Below are positions 48,101-61,808 of a stretch of 64,000 nucleotides of DNA, one piece after another. How positions within the stretch are numbered: the stretch's first letter is position 1; each line of letters starts with the position of its first letter. This DNA is from Vicugna vicugna (Eukaryota). The notes beneath the pieces are model-generated. The model was not told the DNA's origin and ran no database searches. It saw only the letters and a list, made by a program, of their open reading frames with translations. The DNA is taken from positions 4,086,880 through 4,150,879 of the forward strand of contig MU058337.1 of NCBI GenBank assembly GCA_013265495.1. The letters are read 5' to 3'. Position numbers and translations under genes: made by a program.

Positions 48101-49954
48101 ACGGCGTTAGGACGGTGGTCACCTCGTGAGCCTAAGTGAAAGAGGGGATTCCTCACACAGCGTAGGCAGCTGGGATGTCTGGTTTTCGTAGGCTTCCCTG
48201 GGGAATGAGGGCACGCCATCAGAGGTCCATTTCACTCTTTTGTGTTCTGAATATCACATATCTCCTTTGCTCTGCTCTTTTTTTCCTGATTTGGTAATAA
48301 ACCAGTGAGAAAGCAATCCCATTCATCTTCCTTACCTATCTGCAAACTGGGTAGATTTCTGTGGTCTCTCCAGCTCATTTAATTACCACTTTCATTTTAC
48401 AGGTGAGGAAAAGGAGGCTCCTCAGAGAGGGTGAGACTTGGTTACTCCCACAGGTAATATGAATTAGCCCCAGGATTAAACTCTCACCAGATTTCAAATC
48501 CTCTTATTTTCTGCTACATCCCAAAGGTTCCAATGATGTTCCCCATTTGTATTCTTTTTGTCCTTTCAAATTCTTTCAAATTAAAACTCGAGATTGTTCA
48601 CAAAATTTGACCTTGCCATCCTCCTGTAAATGGGAGTCTCATTGCGCATTCTGTAAAATAGTTTATACAAATCACACATCAGTGGAGATTTTTAGCTCTT
48701 ACTGTGTGCATGTTCGATGTTTCTGCACTATAGCCACCTCTGCTATTTGGGGAAGACAAAAATAAAAATTAAAAAATGAAAGGATGAATGAAAACTTCCA
48801 CAAATTTCAGTCAGGAAAGAACAGCCTTAAGAATAATACCACTGATCACATTTTAACTTGAAAGTAACCTGAGGACGGAGGGACTTATTATCAAGAACCT
48901 ACGCAAATGCTTTGCAAATAATATGCTAATAGAATTTTCACAACAATGTAACATATCTAGGAATAAGCCCCAGGAACAGCCTAAAAGACAACTGGCCTGA
49001 AGGTTAGTATCTTCTGAATCAAGACCACTGTCATCTTGGGTAAACTATACTGTGAGAATGAGACGCTGTGAAGATTGGGTCGGATTAAGGGGGCTATCCT
49101 TGTTTAATCAAGGAGAGCGTACATTTTTTTTAAGGTTTCAGAATGTGCCCCTGGTGATTTAAATTATTATGCTGCTACAAGGAAAGAAACTGGGTCAAAA
49201 CTCATTATCAAGTAGCATTTCCACAAGTAGCCAGGGAATATTCTATTTCCTATCAGACATTACACCCAGAGTCTGGTAGGTTTCTTTCCTGAATCTGAGC
49301 CTAAAAAACTACTTCATTTCCTCACCTTTTCCCAGTATTTGTAAGAATCCAGGTTTCAACAGTGACCACGAAGAGGAGACAAACTGCTCCAATTCCCTGT
49401 GCTGTAAAACTTATTTTAAAAAGTGGCTTGTAAATTCAGCAGCTTGCTTCAATTTCTTCCCACCAACCAATAATGGCCAACCATCCCCGTTCCTGGGGAC
49501 AGACAGAGAAAAACTATCACAGCCAAAAATAATTTTCTTTTTTTTTTTATTTAGAATAAATCATTTTTGGCACCACTTTGTTTCCATTCTTTCCTCTCTG
49601 GAGGATCATTATGGAGAATTTAGTGCTCTGGACTTGAATTATCAGCTTTGGTTTTTGCTTTAGGGCCATAATTGTAAGTTCCCGAGAGCATTAATTGTGG
49701 TGTTCTTTCTTCCCCTGGCATCGTTCTTCAGAGAGCTCTGAGCAATACTGTTCAGTGTTTTATCTCTTGAATCCTTACAGAAGCCTTTGAAAATAAAAAT
49801 ACCACTGTGATTAATCTACTTTTTAAAAGATGTGCTTCATTCTACCCAGTGAAGTGAGATGCCTACCTATTTACAACTTCGTAGTCAAACAGAGCCATAG
49901 AGTAGTCCTGCTATTTCGGCTTTATGAGGGCAGATATTTTATGATGTTTACTGA

Positions 49955-50185
49955 GTGGGTGGATGGCTGGATAGATAAATAGATATATACCATAATCTTT
50001 GTACATTTTATTCTTTTCCCCATTTGTTTTTATTTCTGACAAAAATGGATGGAAAATGGATAAATGGATGGGCAGATGAAAAGGCAAGAATGGATGTAGG
50101 CTACAAATGGAAGGATGTCTGGATTGTGGATGAATGGAAGAATGCATGGTGAATAGGTAAGTGGATGCACACATGGAGGGATGGC
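49955..50185. repeat. Degenerate (GGAT/GGAA)n simple repeat
   Basis: Repeated tggatgga / tgaatgga units. Confidence 0.75.
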
Positions 50186-51329
50186 GCTGCTGATCATGAC
50201 CCAAGGTGTCATTTTATGCCACAAATGAGTCCTCAAAGAGGAAGAATATCAAATGACATCTAGTGGGTTCTCCAGTTGGGAAAATAGAAAATCCACAGAC
50301 AAAAGGAAGAACTATGTTGGATGGGAAATGAAAGGTGTAAGCTGGAAGAAATCTTCAGATAAGCAAAGGTGGTTTGTATCACCAAAAAGTTTGAGATTAA
50401 ATCAAAATGTAGGATTAAATACTGCTTTAGCTCTACAAAGGTGCCCCAGGCTTTGCTGCAGGCTGATGAGGTCGAAAGGAAACTGAAGGCGAGGCCAAGG
50501 GAGGTTGGCTCCAACTCACCCTTTCCAGCCTCCAGTTGAACCAGAATATATCCACTGGTCTCACTTTTATGTACTGTGGTTCCATATAGGAGCTTCCCAA
50601 AGGAGGACTTCCACTGCTTAAAATAATTTTTAAAACTAGTCTCCAAACTAAGAGTAATAATGTCCTGCTTACTTCACAGAATTTTATAAGAATCAAATGA
50701 TCTACTGTAAGTGAAAAAGGTTTAGAAAATCACAAAGAGCTTTATAAGTGTAAAGCATGACCAAAATCATAAGAAATTTTAAAAGATCTGAGATTTAAGA
50801 AAGAGCTAATTCATCTTAATTATGCCTTTTCTTTTTCTTCCTGTCCCACTCACCCTTTCAACTCTATGTTTCTACAAGTTCAATCTTCTTACAAAATCAT
50901 AATCTTACTATTTCTTATCCTTTCCTCTATTCCTTTGACTTCTGACAAAGACCAAGACTATGAATATTAGAACAAGTTTAGAAGAATTTGTTTGCAAGGA
51001 TGAGGGCTGGAGAAGGCAAAATAGCTTTAGGAATGATTTCTAAGGCCAACCTTCGGGGTAGGTAGGTGGGTGGGTGGAAGTGGGGTGTGAAGAGATTCTC
51101 TGAAAGCATCTTTTATGTCTGATCTACATGGGTCATCTTGGAGTGCCAAGGACCATTGAAAATAAGTCATTGGATCTTTTCAGTATAAGGTTCACCTTAA
51201 GTCAGAGTTGAAGCAGGCTTCCAACAACCTCAGCCTGCCCAGCAGCACTTGGAGACCTCTAGGAAATCAAGGACAATCCTTTTCTACCACATTTGTTATA
51301 TCAGAGATTTTGTGATATGATTCTGATAC

Positions 51330-51758
51330 TGTTTTAGTTATCTATTGCTGCGTAACAAATCACTCTGATAGGGTCCCTTGAAGTCCTTCATGAGACTGTA
51401 ATCAGACGTTGGCTGGGGCTAGAGTCATCTGGAGGCTCAGCTGAGATGCTGGGAGATTGAGCCCCTCTCCCCCTCCTTAGAGGTTCAGGGTCTCTTCACA
51501 TGGTTTCTTCAGTAAGATGGCCAGACTTCTTGCACAGCGGTTCGGGGGTCCCAAAAAGAGAGTATTCCAGGAGGGAGGAAGCAAAAGCTGCCCATCTCTT
51601 AAAAGCTAGACCTGGAACTGGTGTCACCCCCATTGCATTCCATGGTTAGCGTGAGCCACAGACCAGCTCAGAACTGACTGCGAGAGAAGATGACACAAAC
51701 AAGTAGATGTGCCAAGGCATGGTCCATGCAGCCATCTTTGGAAGATCAATGCCATACA
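51330..51758 (-). mobile_element. MaLR solo LTR (MLT1F/G/H-like)
   Basis: tgttttagttatctattgctgcgtaacaaatcac...ggctggggctagagtcatctggaggctc...gcagccatctttggaa...gccataca. Confidence 0.75.
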
Positions 51759-51960
51759 GTGTTACTATGAAAAATGCTTCTCCTGATCCAAAGCATAAAA
51801 AAGCAAGAACTTTTAACATCACAAATATTATCATTCCTTATCATAAGAAGAATCAGAATCATCTGGCAGGAGGCTATTATTCTACTGGCATACATTAGAT
51901 GCATACTGTATACACAGGGGCTTTGGTCACCAGGAATTTGATTGAGGGGCCATCGCTGCT

Positions 51961-52220
51961 CATAAACTAATATTATAGAAAAATAGATAAAAAACAAGTT
52001 CATTCTGTACAGCACAGGGAACTACATTCAATATCTTATAATAACCTTTAATGAAAAAGAATATAAAACCAAAAATATGTATATATATATATGTACACAT
52101 ATACATGCATGACTGGAACATTATGTTGTACACTAGAAACTGACACAATGAAACTGACTATACTTCAATAAAAAAATAAAATAAAATAAAATAAAATTAA
52201 ATAAATAAATAAATAAATAA
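51961..52220 (+). mobile_element. Artiodactyl-type L1 3' end with (TAAAA/TAAA)n tail
   Basis: aaaatagataaaaaacaagttcattctgtacagcacagggaactacattcaatatctt...aactgactatacttcaataaaa; same family as the 5691 and 62852 copies. Confidence 0.85.
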
Positions 52221-52365
52221 ACCCATCAGGGGTGTGTGGGTTAAGTACAAAAACGACAGATTATGAGTGTCCTCTCTGTAGCCTCGAAATACTTCCTCGA
52301 TCTTGCAATGTTATTAGCTACTAAGAAGTAAGAAATGAAAGTATGATCATACATATGTGACCCAA

Positions 52366-52716
52366 TGCGATATAGTCTGAGTGTTTGTGTTCCCTCCAAG
52401 TTCATATGTTGAATCCTAATGCCCGTTGCGATGGGATTAGGAGGAGGGGACTCTGGGTGCTGAGGGCATGAAGGTGCAGCCCTTATCAAAGAGATTAAAG
52501 CAATTATAGAAAGAGACCCCGCAGAGCCCCCGCATCTCTTCTACTACGTGAGGACACAATCAGAAGTCTGCAATCCAGAAGACGGCCTTCGCCTGACTGT
52601 GCTGGCACCCTGATCTCGGTCCTCCAGCCTCCAGAGCCGGGAGGAGTGAATGTCTGCTGGTTATAAGCCACGCCGTCTATGGTGTTTTGTGACAGTGGCC
52701 TGAACACACTGAGACA
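52366..52716 (+). mobile_element. MaLR solo LTR (MLT1A-like)
   Basis: tgtttgtgttccctccaagttcatatgttgaatcctaa...gctggcaccctgatctcggtcctccagcctccaga...ttataagccacgccgtctatggtgttttgtgacag...gagaca. Confidence 0.85.
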
Positions 52717-53694
52717 CAACAGCATCCCTGGACTCATGAATTAAGTACCTTCTTTAGTTTGATTCCAGTTACCTCCCTTACCTTAGATCATTTGCTTTTC
52801 TCAAGAATCTTCTGAATTAGACAGGGTTCATGTGTCCTGGTGACCCCTAGACAACCCTACAGATACGCTCCATCCTTGATTATCCTACCGTTGTCATCTA
52901 AGTTTGCCTAGTCCGAAATGGGGAAGGCTGCGAGCGCTGTCAGTGGTTTACACTCTGATCCATAATGTAAGAAAGAGAAGAGAGAGAAAAAGAGCAAGAC
53001 TGAAGCAGCACATCTGATCAGCATGACAGACAAAACCCTAACTCTGGAGCTTCGCGTGACAAGGGCTGCATCCCCTCCCACATGAATAACTCAGAGAGAG
53101 AGTCACAGACCCAGGGTCCTGCCCTCAGCCACAGCCTGACCGTCTAATCACCCTGCTTTCTTGTCTGTGATCATGTAGTCATACATGAAAGCCTGTCACA
53201 AGTCACTGAGTTCATAATACAGCGCAGAAGAATCAAGAAAAAGTCGTTACTACAAAGACTCCATCCTTACCAAAAACGACAAAGTCAAGTAATAATCTGG
53301 GGATTTTTCTATACCTCATATTATTTATATGACACTCTATCCACTACAACTTTCTCTCTCCTGCTATAACTTAACCTATAAATCCTATTAGCCACAAGCC
53401 ACTTAATTGATAACCTAGTGAGCATATTATGATTTGTTATAACTTAGAGTTTTGTAGGGACATTTCCTATCCTCCATCCTTATGTGGCATTCCTAACGGC
53501 GTTCATCAAAAGACTGCTTCTCGTACACCCCCAAAGCACAGTCAAATCACTTTTTAAGATTATCTCAGCTTTCAAAGTGGATAAAATAATCTGTAACTTA
53601 AAGAGAAAAAACAAGGTATATTTCTTTCTTTACTGCTATTTTGGGATGACTTTAAAAAGCCACTTTAAAATGACTGCTGCAAAATCACGTGGTC

Positions 53695-54200
53695 CTTCGT
53701 TCATTCCTTCACCAATCACTTGAGTGTATACTCTGTGCCAGGTACCACGACAGGTGGCTCCTGCCTTCACATGTTTTATAATCTACTCAGGAGGCAGGCA
53801 AACAAGCAATAAATATGTGATGCCTGAGACCATGGTGAGATGTCCAAGTGTAGAGGAGACATAAAAGACATTAAAGCACACCCTCAGTCCACTGTAGGGC
53901 GTTCGGAAGAGATTAACAGAAAGAAGTCATGCCTGAGGTTAACACTTGAAGGATGAGGAGTTTGTCATTCTTACCAGCAGGGCAAGAGCGCGTTTGAGAG
54001 AACAGTGTGTGCAAATGTGCCGACATGCAGAAACACGAGCAATTCTCCTGTATTCAGAGACTATAAGAACCCCAGTACTGGAGAAGGAAAAAGTACAAAA
54101 CGTAGAAGACAAAATAGACACATGGGGGAGGGTGTGCAGATAATGAAAGCCTTTGTTTTCCTTGCAAAGAAATTTGGACTTGATTCCACAGACTAAGAAC
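53695..54200 (-). mobile_element. LINE-2 3' end
   Basis: ttcgttcattccttcaccaatcacttgagtgtatactctgtgccagg...cttgaaggatgaggagtttg...aagaaatttggacttgattcc. Confidence 0.7.
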
Positions 54201-56472
54201 TGAGAGAAGGTGTACATCCTTACTGTATTTGCTTGTAAGAAGGGGCTGCGAGGATTAGCTCAGGACCCTGGCTCGGAAGAACTTCATCTGCATCCCCAGA
54301 GCCTGCAGAACATGTGGTTTTTCTCCGCGGAGAAATGTCAGCGAGGCGTTGCTTTGGTAACCATGGCGTCAGCATGGTCATCTTAATGACAAAGGCTGAG
54401 TGAAGACTGAAGACCCAAACAATCTAAGGAAAAACTCCGTCCCAGTACCACTGTAATATTGTTAGCTCGGCACGTGTGGAGTATGAAAAAGCACAAAGGA
54501 AGCTGTTCTTGTTTGAACAACTATTATGTGCTGAACAACCTAAATTTCTCAAACTGGGATACACAGTGGCGTCAAAGTATGGTATATCTTCCTGGCGGAT
54601 CAATTTTGCTCAATATTGTGGCAAAAATAAACATGTAGATATTTTTCTACATCAACATATTTTAAGATTTTAAAAGGTGACTGAAAACCATTGTGTTGTA
54701 ACCTGCAACTTCAACTCTTCTTCCAAACACGCCCCCCCACCCCCACCCCCAAGGGGAAAAAGTCATTCTTCAGAACAGCTATGGGTGTCACTGTAAATGT
54801 CTGAGAATCCAGTGCTCCATGAATTATGTACAGAAATTACACCCCTCTTAGGAAGAAACATATTCTAGGGGACTCATACATATTTTATACTTGGCAATAA
54901 TTCAATGGTAGTCTGTATGTAAGTTCACACCAAACATTTAAAGACAGGAATAGTAGCATATTGGATTTTCTCCTCAACTGTTTAGCCTCTTTCAACAACC
55001 CTGCCTATTTCACAAGGTTATTTTAAGGATTAAATGAGGAAATGAAAGCACTTTGTAAACTGTAAAGTGCTACCCTGATGTAATGTTTCATTAACAAATT
55101 AATTTACAAATGGCTAGGACAAGGTGCCTTTTGAATGATGGTTTTGTTCCTCCATGAGTTAGGGGGGAAAAAAATGCTCGTGTGGTCTACTGAGCCCAAG
55201 GAAGGGCTACAGCATTCCCTGATGTCACGGTCCAGATGTGCAGAATTCCAATTGTCGACACCAGACAGTAGCCATCAGGCAGCGGGTGGAAACCCATCTG
55301 GTTCTCATATGGTCTTAAGCGAGGTGGTGAAGAGGAGAATTTTTACTTAGCTGGATTTGAACAAAATACTCCTGAGTTTTCGCCAGATGATTAAAGACAG
55401 TGCAAAGTGTCCTTGACCTGGTCCCCACTCTTGGATGGACTTTGTCAGCAAACCCTAGGCTGTCACAGAAGACAAAGGCTGGCAGGGTGGTAGGTGTCAG
55501 AGCAGTAGTTCCGGAGTTTCTGAGTGATTTTGCGGAATCGTCAGTGTTGCGTTAAACTCAGAAGGTACACGTGAGACGTCGGAGGTGAACCAAACATAAA
55601 CCAGACCTATCCAGGTTTGAATGTTCTCAGCTGTGCATTTGTGGGAAATGTGTTTCTTGGAGGCGTGCCACTTCTTCGCTGAGTGCCGTGACTGGGGGTT
55701 CTGCTTAATAGTGGTGGTGGGGGGGGTGCTGGTGACAGAAATGCTAAAGCCAAACACAGAAGCCGGGCTAAAGAAAACAAATTTTCTCTGAAGGAGACGT
55801 ACAATTCGCTCCAAGTGTTAAAAGAAGAAAGTTATTAAATTATTGGGTTAGGCATCATTGTCAGATGCAAAGCTCTGTCTAAGGCCATGGTATATCCTTT
55901 TTAATAGACTATTTTGTGGAAGTGAAAACATGGAAAGCTGATGTTAAATGCTAGAAGCAACAGATATCCTGACATTTGAGAGGCTCAGTCTTGGTTCTCT
56001 GGTGTCGAGGGTTATCCAAACTGAATCCAGAGACGGAGAAATAAATTCTTGTGCTGACCCTGAGATTTACCTGATTACCAGTATATGCGCCAAGACCTAG
56101 TACACAAAAATTGGATTTCCTTATTTATCTTATTTACTGAAAGACAGACCCTGATCAATAGCTGAGGGAACTCATATGTCCTTGAAATGTGGGTGGGGAC
56201 ATCTAAGGACATTGAAAATATTTCCTGTTTAAGTAAACTCAGTGTACTGCTTGAAGACCGATGCTGTGAAACACAACGTTAAAATGCCATTTCCTCCAGT
56301 TTACCTAAACTTCAGACTGATGCCTATCACCTGAGGACCCATCCAAACTAGGACCCTCTTGCCTTGGAATGATACATGCCCGGGGGCAGCCCTGGGACTG
56401 GGTTTCACACAGTAGTTCATCTTGACATGTCGTTAAATGTAGCTCCTAAACTGAGGTTCTTTCTTAACTCAC

Positions 56473-56630
56473 TTTTGTTTTTTTGCTTTTTTGTTTGTTT
56501 GTTTGTTTGTTTAGTTGGGAGAGGTAATCAGGTCTGTTTGTTTATTTATTTATTTTGATGGCGGTACTGGGGATTGAACCCAGGACCTCGTGCATGCTAC
56601 ACGCACTCTACCACTGAGCTATACCTTCCC
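56473..56630 (-). mobile_element. tRNA-derived camelid SINE (Vic-1-like)
   Basis: ggtactggggattgaacccaggacctcgtgcatgct...ctctaccactgagctata with a T-rich tail. TSD tcttaactcac at 56462-56472 and 56631-56641. Confidence 0.88.
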
Positions 56631-57029
56631 TCTTAACTCACATTTCTGATCGGGACTGACTTTCAGGTGCATACGTTTCAGATGAATACTCGTGGTTATT
56701 CTGTGGCTGCCCTCAAACACTGCTCTTGTGCTGACTGCACACAACTAGTGTGACATCAATATCACACTGAGTTTTGCACAGGGCTGACAAGTGGAGGAGA
56801 TTACAGATCTCAAGAAATGGATGTTGGTGTTTGTTTGGTCTGAACAAAAGAGCGGCCTAAAAGAACAGACATTTCCATCACTCAACAAAACTAGGTCTGT
56901 CCCAAAGACATTCTTGATCGGGTCTTATCATTATGATTATTAAGAATAAGAATTGCCAAGATTTTAGATGACATTCTATTTTCCAAAGCACCACATACAT
57001 ACATTTAATGCTTTCAAATATCATGAAAA

Positions 57030-57140
57030 TGATGTTATTAATATCTTCACAGAGAAGAAAACTGAAGCTCAAAGGGGTGATGTGACTTGCCCAAGAACAT
57101 TCAATCAGCAAATATCAAAAGTAAGGTTAAAAGTCAGATT
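57030..57140 (-). mobile_element. MIR core
   Basis: cacagagaagaaaactgaagctcaaaggggtgatgtgacttgcccaag. Confidence 0.6.
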
Positions 57141-60100
57141 TTTTTATTCCTAATCCTAGAATTTTTTTCCACCATATCCATCTTTCTCTTTTTATATAAC
57201 TGTGTGTCATTCTTCTGCAGGTTATAGAGTAATGAAATAGAGGAATGGCCTTTTAAACTCTGCAACTTCAATGAAGACCTCCAATTGCATGACGTATCTT
57301 TTGTTGGAAAGCAGTCTCTGACCCTGGTAATTTTCTCATCAGTCAGCTCACTTCTGGTTGGGCTACTTTCCACTGATGAGACCATCTGCCTTTTTTTTTT
57401 TATCTCTCTCAAGGGGCCCTGGGCTGGAGAGCAGCAGTGGGAGGGAGAGGCAAGTGTCGTGGTTTCTGGTCCATAGGTTCCAATCCCACCACTTAAGTTC
57501 TCCCCACACATTTCATCCCTAAGGCACTTAATATTATACAGTCCTTCCTAGAAGAGAAACTCTCATTAATTAAATCTGCTCACATGATCATAAATATGAA
57601 ACAGGAAGTCCAAACTGAACAAGTTGTCTGCTTATCAAGTCACCATCTTTTTGACTCAAGAACATTGGCCAACATGACTCATGTAGTAGGAATTCCTTCA
57701 GCCTACCATCAGAAGGAAAGGTGAAGAAATCAGATGCTTCCTGTCATTCTATGGGCTTATTTCTAAGAACAGAGATAAGTAAGGAGGTATAAAGAGAGTG
57801 AGAGCGCACTCCCAAATTCTTCACCGAGCTCTGCCCCTTTACGCTCTGTAGGTTGGGGGATTCCTTTTCCATCAGCATTAGCAGGGGAATAAAAAATGAA
57901 CCTCACTGGATGCCTTCAGACCCAAGGTCTTCTGAGGCCAGTCCACAGCAGGCGGAAAAGGCTAAGTAAATGTCCTTCATATAATCTGGGGTGCTCTCAT
58001 GGCCCAATAAATGCTGCCAATGACCTTCATCCTCTTCATAGCCAGGATCTGTGACTCCGTCTCCTCCTTATAAGGGGATTTCCAGACAATTAAAGAATAA
58101 ACACAAACGAATCAACAAATGATGTCAGCAGTACTGAAACTTGATCTTGACATCGATCTGAAAGAGGACTGCCTCCATGTGGCCAGTCACAAATTTTATG
58201 CTCATCATGCAGCTCATTACGGAGAAAAACACTCGTGGCGTCATGAACATTCACGCACTTCAAAACAGAGGCTTTAGAAAAGGTACACCAGGGTCCTAGA
58301 GAGATATGGACCACTGGCTCATTGGGAGAGCATTGGGTTGCTGTTCCGTGATCAGTGGTTTTTCTCTGTCTGATCCAGTGTTATTTCTCTGGTGTATGTA
58401 AGCACTTCAATCTACTCATCTACTTGACCTGAAGGTTTGAGCAGGCAGTTGAACAAAGTGGCCATTTGATAGGTCACAAGCCTCTTATCTTAGGTACAGT
58501 AATTCAGTTTTAAACATCTGCACCGTTTCCACACTCATTTTATATATCCCCATAAACCAAAACGAGAAAAAAGCCTTGCCTTGAAAATTACCAGCTGTAC
58601 TATGCCTGGAATCCAGTAGTTGCTCAATAAATAATTGTCAAGTAAAACAGACTTACCAGGTAGGATCTAAATCCTAGAAATGATGGAGAAGGGACATTGA
58701 CAAGCCTACCAACTATCCCCACTGGTATTGAGAATCTCAGCGTCACTCAGTAGAAAAGTGCGGCCGGAACACAGACTGAGATGTGACTGGTGTTCCCGCG
58801 AGAACACTCAGCAGACAAACGATGCCCTCCTTCATCTCAAAATTGCACATTTTCATTCTCTCTCCCCAGTAAGGCAGGACTTTCTGGGAAGTATTTACAA
58901 ACTCTTTCCTCAAATTAAAGGCCTCCTTCAGTTATTTGCTTTTCTAGCAGAAAGTTTACCCAAGGGAACATCCATATATATATATTTTTTTTCTGTTCAA
59001 AGACTAGAAAATTCCATGCCCTTTATTAAAAAGAAAAATATCTCCTCTGGCTGAGGGTGGAGGAGACAGGCTGGGTGTTCTCGCTGTCTCACCGAGAAGT
59101 CTCCTTGCTATTCTTTCCCTCTTTCTTTTCGGGTTTGAAGTCCTGTGATATTATGAGAAACAACAAAAGGCTTTTATATAAATCATCTAAGTGTGAAGGT
59201 GACAGGCGCACTGAGGAGAGAATGAATGTGTTTGGCTCTCAAGCTTCCACAGAAGGAAGCCTTTGTTAACTTTCAGCAAAGATCTTTCTGTAAGTCATTG
59301 TCCCACTCCGAAGCATTCTTCTCCAGAAAAACAAATTAAGTAGCACTACTCAGTCTCTAGCTTCATTCCGAAACCAGGCAAAAATCATGCCTTGTAAACA
59401 CCTTTAAGCACTATTTATCTGAGTGTGCATTAGGGCCTGTCAAGCATTTCCTTTGAAACTTGGGGAAGACCTGGTTCTCTGGCCCAGGATGGGGCCCCAG
59501 GCACCGGCCCTGCCTTCTTCACGGAGGGGAAGGGACGAGTCTGAACAAGGTGGCCTCAGAAAGCAAGAAATGGTTCAAAAATGCCGAATCCATAAGAAGA
59601 GGTAAGGAACGTTTCTAATTTTTATTAATGCTTCTTCATGGCCTAGAAAAGCGCCTGCTACAGAGCAGACAATCCAATAAATAATCAACAAATGAATAAA
59701 TGAACGAGAGCCAACAGGTGATGATTCAGGCAGTACCAGCAATCGTGTGTGTTCAAGATACAGGACAAAACGAAATCACCCTTGCGTAGCATGCCCGCCG
59801 TGAAGACAGGAGTGAGAGGAGTGGCTAGTAAGGGGTGATGGTTCGAGTATCACCACCACCACCCCCCAACTCCACCATCACGTAGCAAAATACGACCTGC
59901 ATTTCTGTAAGCCACGTGGGGAGAGCTTTCCGGGGCCCCTAATCCTTTCAGGGAGAAGCGCGCCGCCTGCTGGGCTGCGCGTGTGACGTGCCCGGGAGTC
60001 CCGTGCTGCCCGGACTTTTCTCTCTCATCAAGCCAGCCGCCCGAGTGGAAGTCAACGGCAGCATTTCGGTGCATCAGGGGAAGTGGGAGAGGGTTCACCA

Positions 60101-61366
60101 CAAGAAAGGCTGCTGAAATCTCCAGCCACAGGGGCGATCTCCTTTCACCTTGAAGGATCCCCGAGAACATTCTAAACCTTCTGGCACAGGCAGGTGGAGG
60201 GGATATGCTGAAAAGAGAACCAGACACAATTCCATGACCTGGCTCGCTCTGTACGTTGGGTCTTCCCTTTAGTGACTTCGGAATCCTTCTCAAACACGTG
60301 TATTTCACCCAGACACTGGCTGCCCTCCAGGGCGGTGACGGTGCCACGAAGTAGAAAGAAGGAATGGGGTGCAACGTCAAAAATAGGCTTCTCCGTGGAT
60401 GGGGAGCAGCTAAAACGTTCTGTTGTGGTAGACAGGAGGGTGGTTCGAAGCTATAACCATTCTAGGGATTTGTCAAGTATCCATTTTATATGCTTTTTTT
60501 TTGGCCATTGGTTTGCGGATGGTGGGTGGTGAACAAAACACAAATGAGGGAGGCTTCAAAGAGTGCCCTCCGACATGAGGAGACCAGCGGGCGGAGAAGC
60601 GCTCGCGGGAGAACGGTCTGCTCTGCACGCAGCAGCTGAAGGGCGCCTTCTCAGCAGGTGTCTCGCCCATGGAGAAAGATTCCATCTCAGGGGTACGAAT
60701 TTCAGTCCACAAACTCAAAGGTGCAAGGAATGGCGCGCACCTTACTTCCTATACAGCAATATAATGGCAATTGTGAGCCTCCTTTCTTCCACACTTGCAG
60801 AGAACCTCAGTCATTCCCGGGCCCCACCGCCACCAATCCAGGGCTATGCACCCAGGAACCTGCTGAGATGTTCCCCTCATTCCTGCCTGACTCTCCAGCG
60901 GGCTTGTGCAGCCCCTCTGCCCACCCACGGCAGGGGCACATGCAGCAAGGCTGTTCAGGAGTTCTCTCTGCCAGGATGCACCAGGCAGCCTTCCCTTTAA
61001 GGAGACTTAGCACATCCTCTGGGGGCTCCTCCGGGGAGTCTTGGCTCTTTTCCCACCCTTCTTACCCACCAGCTTCTGGAACTTCTTTTAGTCTGGGGAA
61101 AATTCTTCTCCGGTTATGTTTCTTCCAAGGTGCTCTGCTGCTCTCGGTAAGGCACTCCCTCCCCCGGTGACTTCAGCTTTTGGAAACAAACAGCCAAAAA
61201 AAGCCACAAAGTTTTGCTGACAGCTTCTGCCTTCCTCTCTGCTACAAAAATTTCCTGGGGCAAGAAACACAAAGGGAGGCAATTCGATGCTAGGGTGTAG
61301 GGGAGGGGAAGAGAAAACCACAGAGGGAAAATCAACAACTATTCAGCTACATACAAAAGGGATGGG

Positions 61367-61430
61367 TGGGGAGGGCAACAGCTCAGCGGTAGAGCATATG
61401 CTAAATTCAATCCCCAGTACCTCCACTAAA
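61367..61430 (+). mobile_element. Short, internally deleted Vic-1-like SINE
   Basis: ggggagggcaacagctcagcggtagagcatatgcta joined directly to ttcaatccccagtacctccactaaaa. Flanks aaaagggatggg / aaaagggggtggg. Confidence 0.75.
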
Positions 61431-61808
61431 AAAAGGGGGTGGGGGATAGACTAGAGAAAAACTTCAGGTACTCCAGAGATACTTAGAAAGTCAGATTTCC
61501 TCTTAAGAGTCCCTTAACTTGGACACAGGGGTCACTGGTGGCATACATGCAACATCCCTGATCTGTCCTAACCTGAGGCCAACAGAACTCCACGTGACCA
61601 TGAGAAACCAGTGGCCGTGAATGGGCCACAGTAACTGGCCAGGTGATAACGCACCTCACCCAGAAGGCCTTGCCAGCATCCTGTCCCTCCCTTTCCAGGG
61701 GCTACCTGTGCCCCTGGAGCTGACTGTGGTGACCCCGTGAATGGCTTTCATTAGCTACAGCAGAACTAATAACCATCCTTTCCCAGAAGAGAACCTGCTT
61801 AGACGGGC

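Noticed and set aside
59850..61170. Longest non-SLC10A2 ORFs (176, 145, 170 aa)
   Set aside because: They overlap in several frames in GC-rich DNA, show no recognisable domain and have no consistent splice structure; expected by chance.
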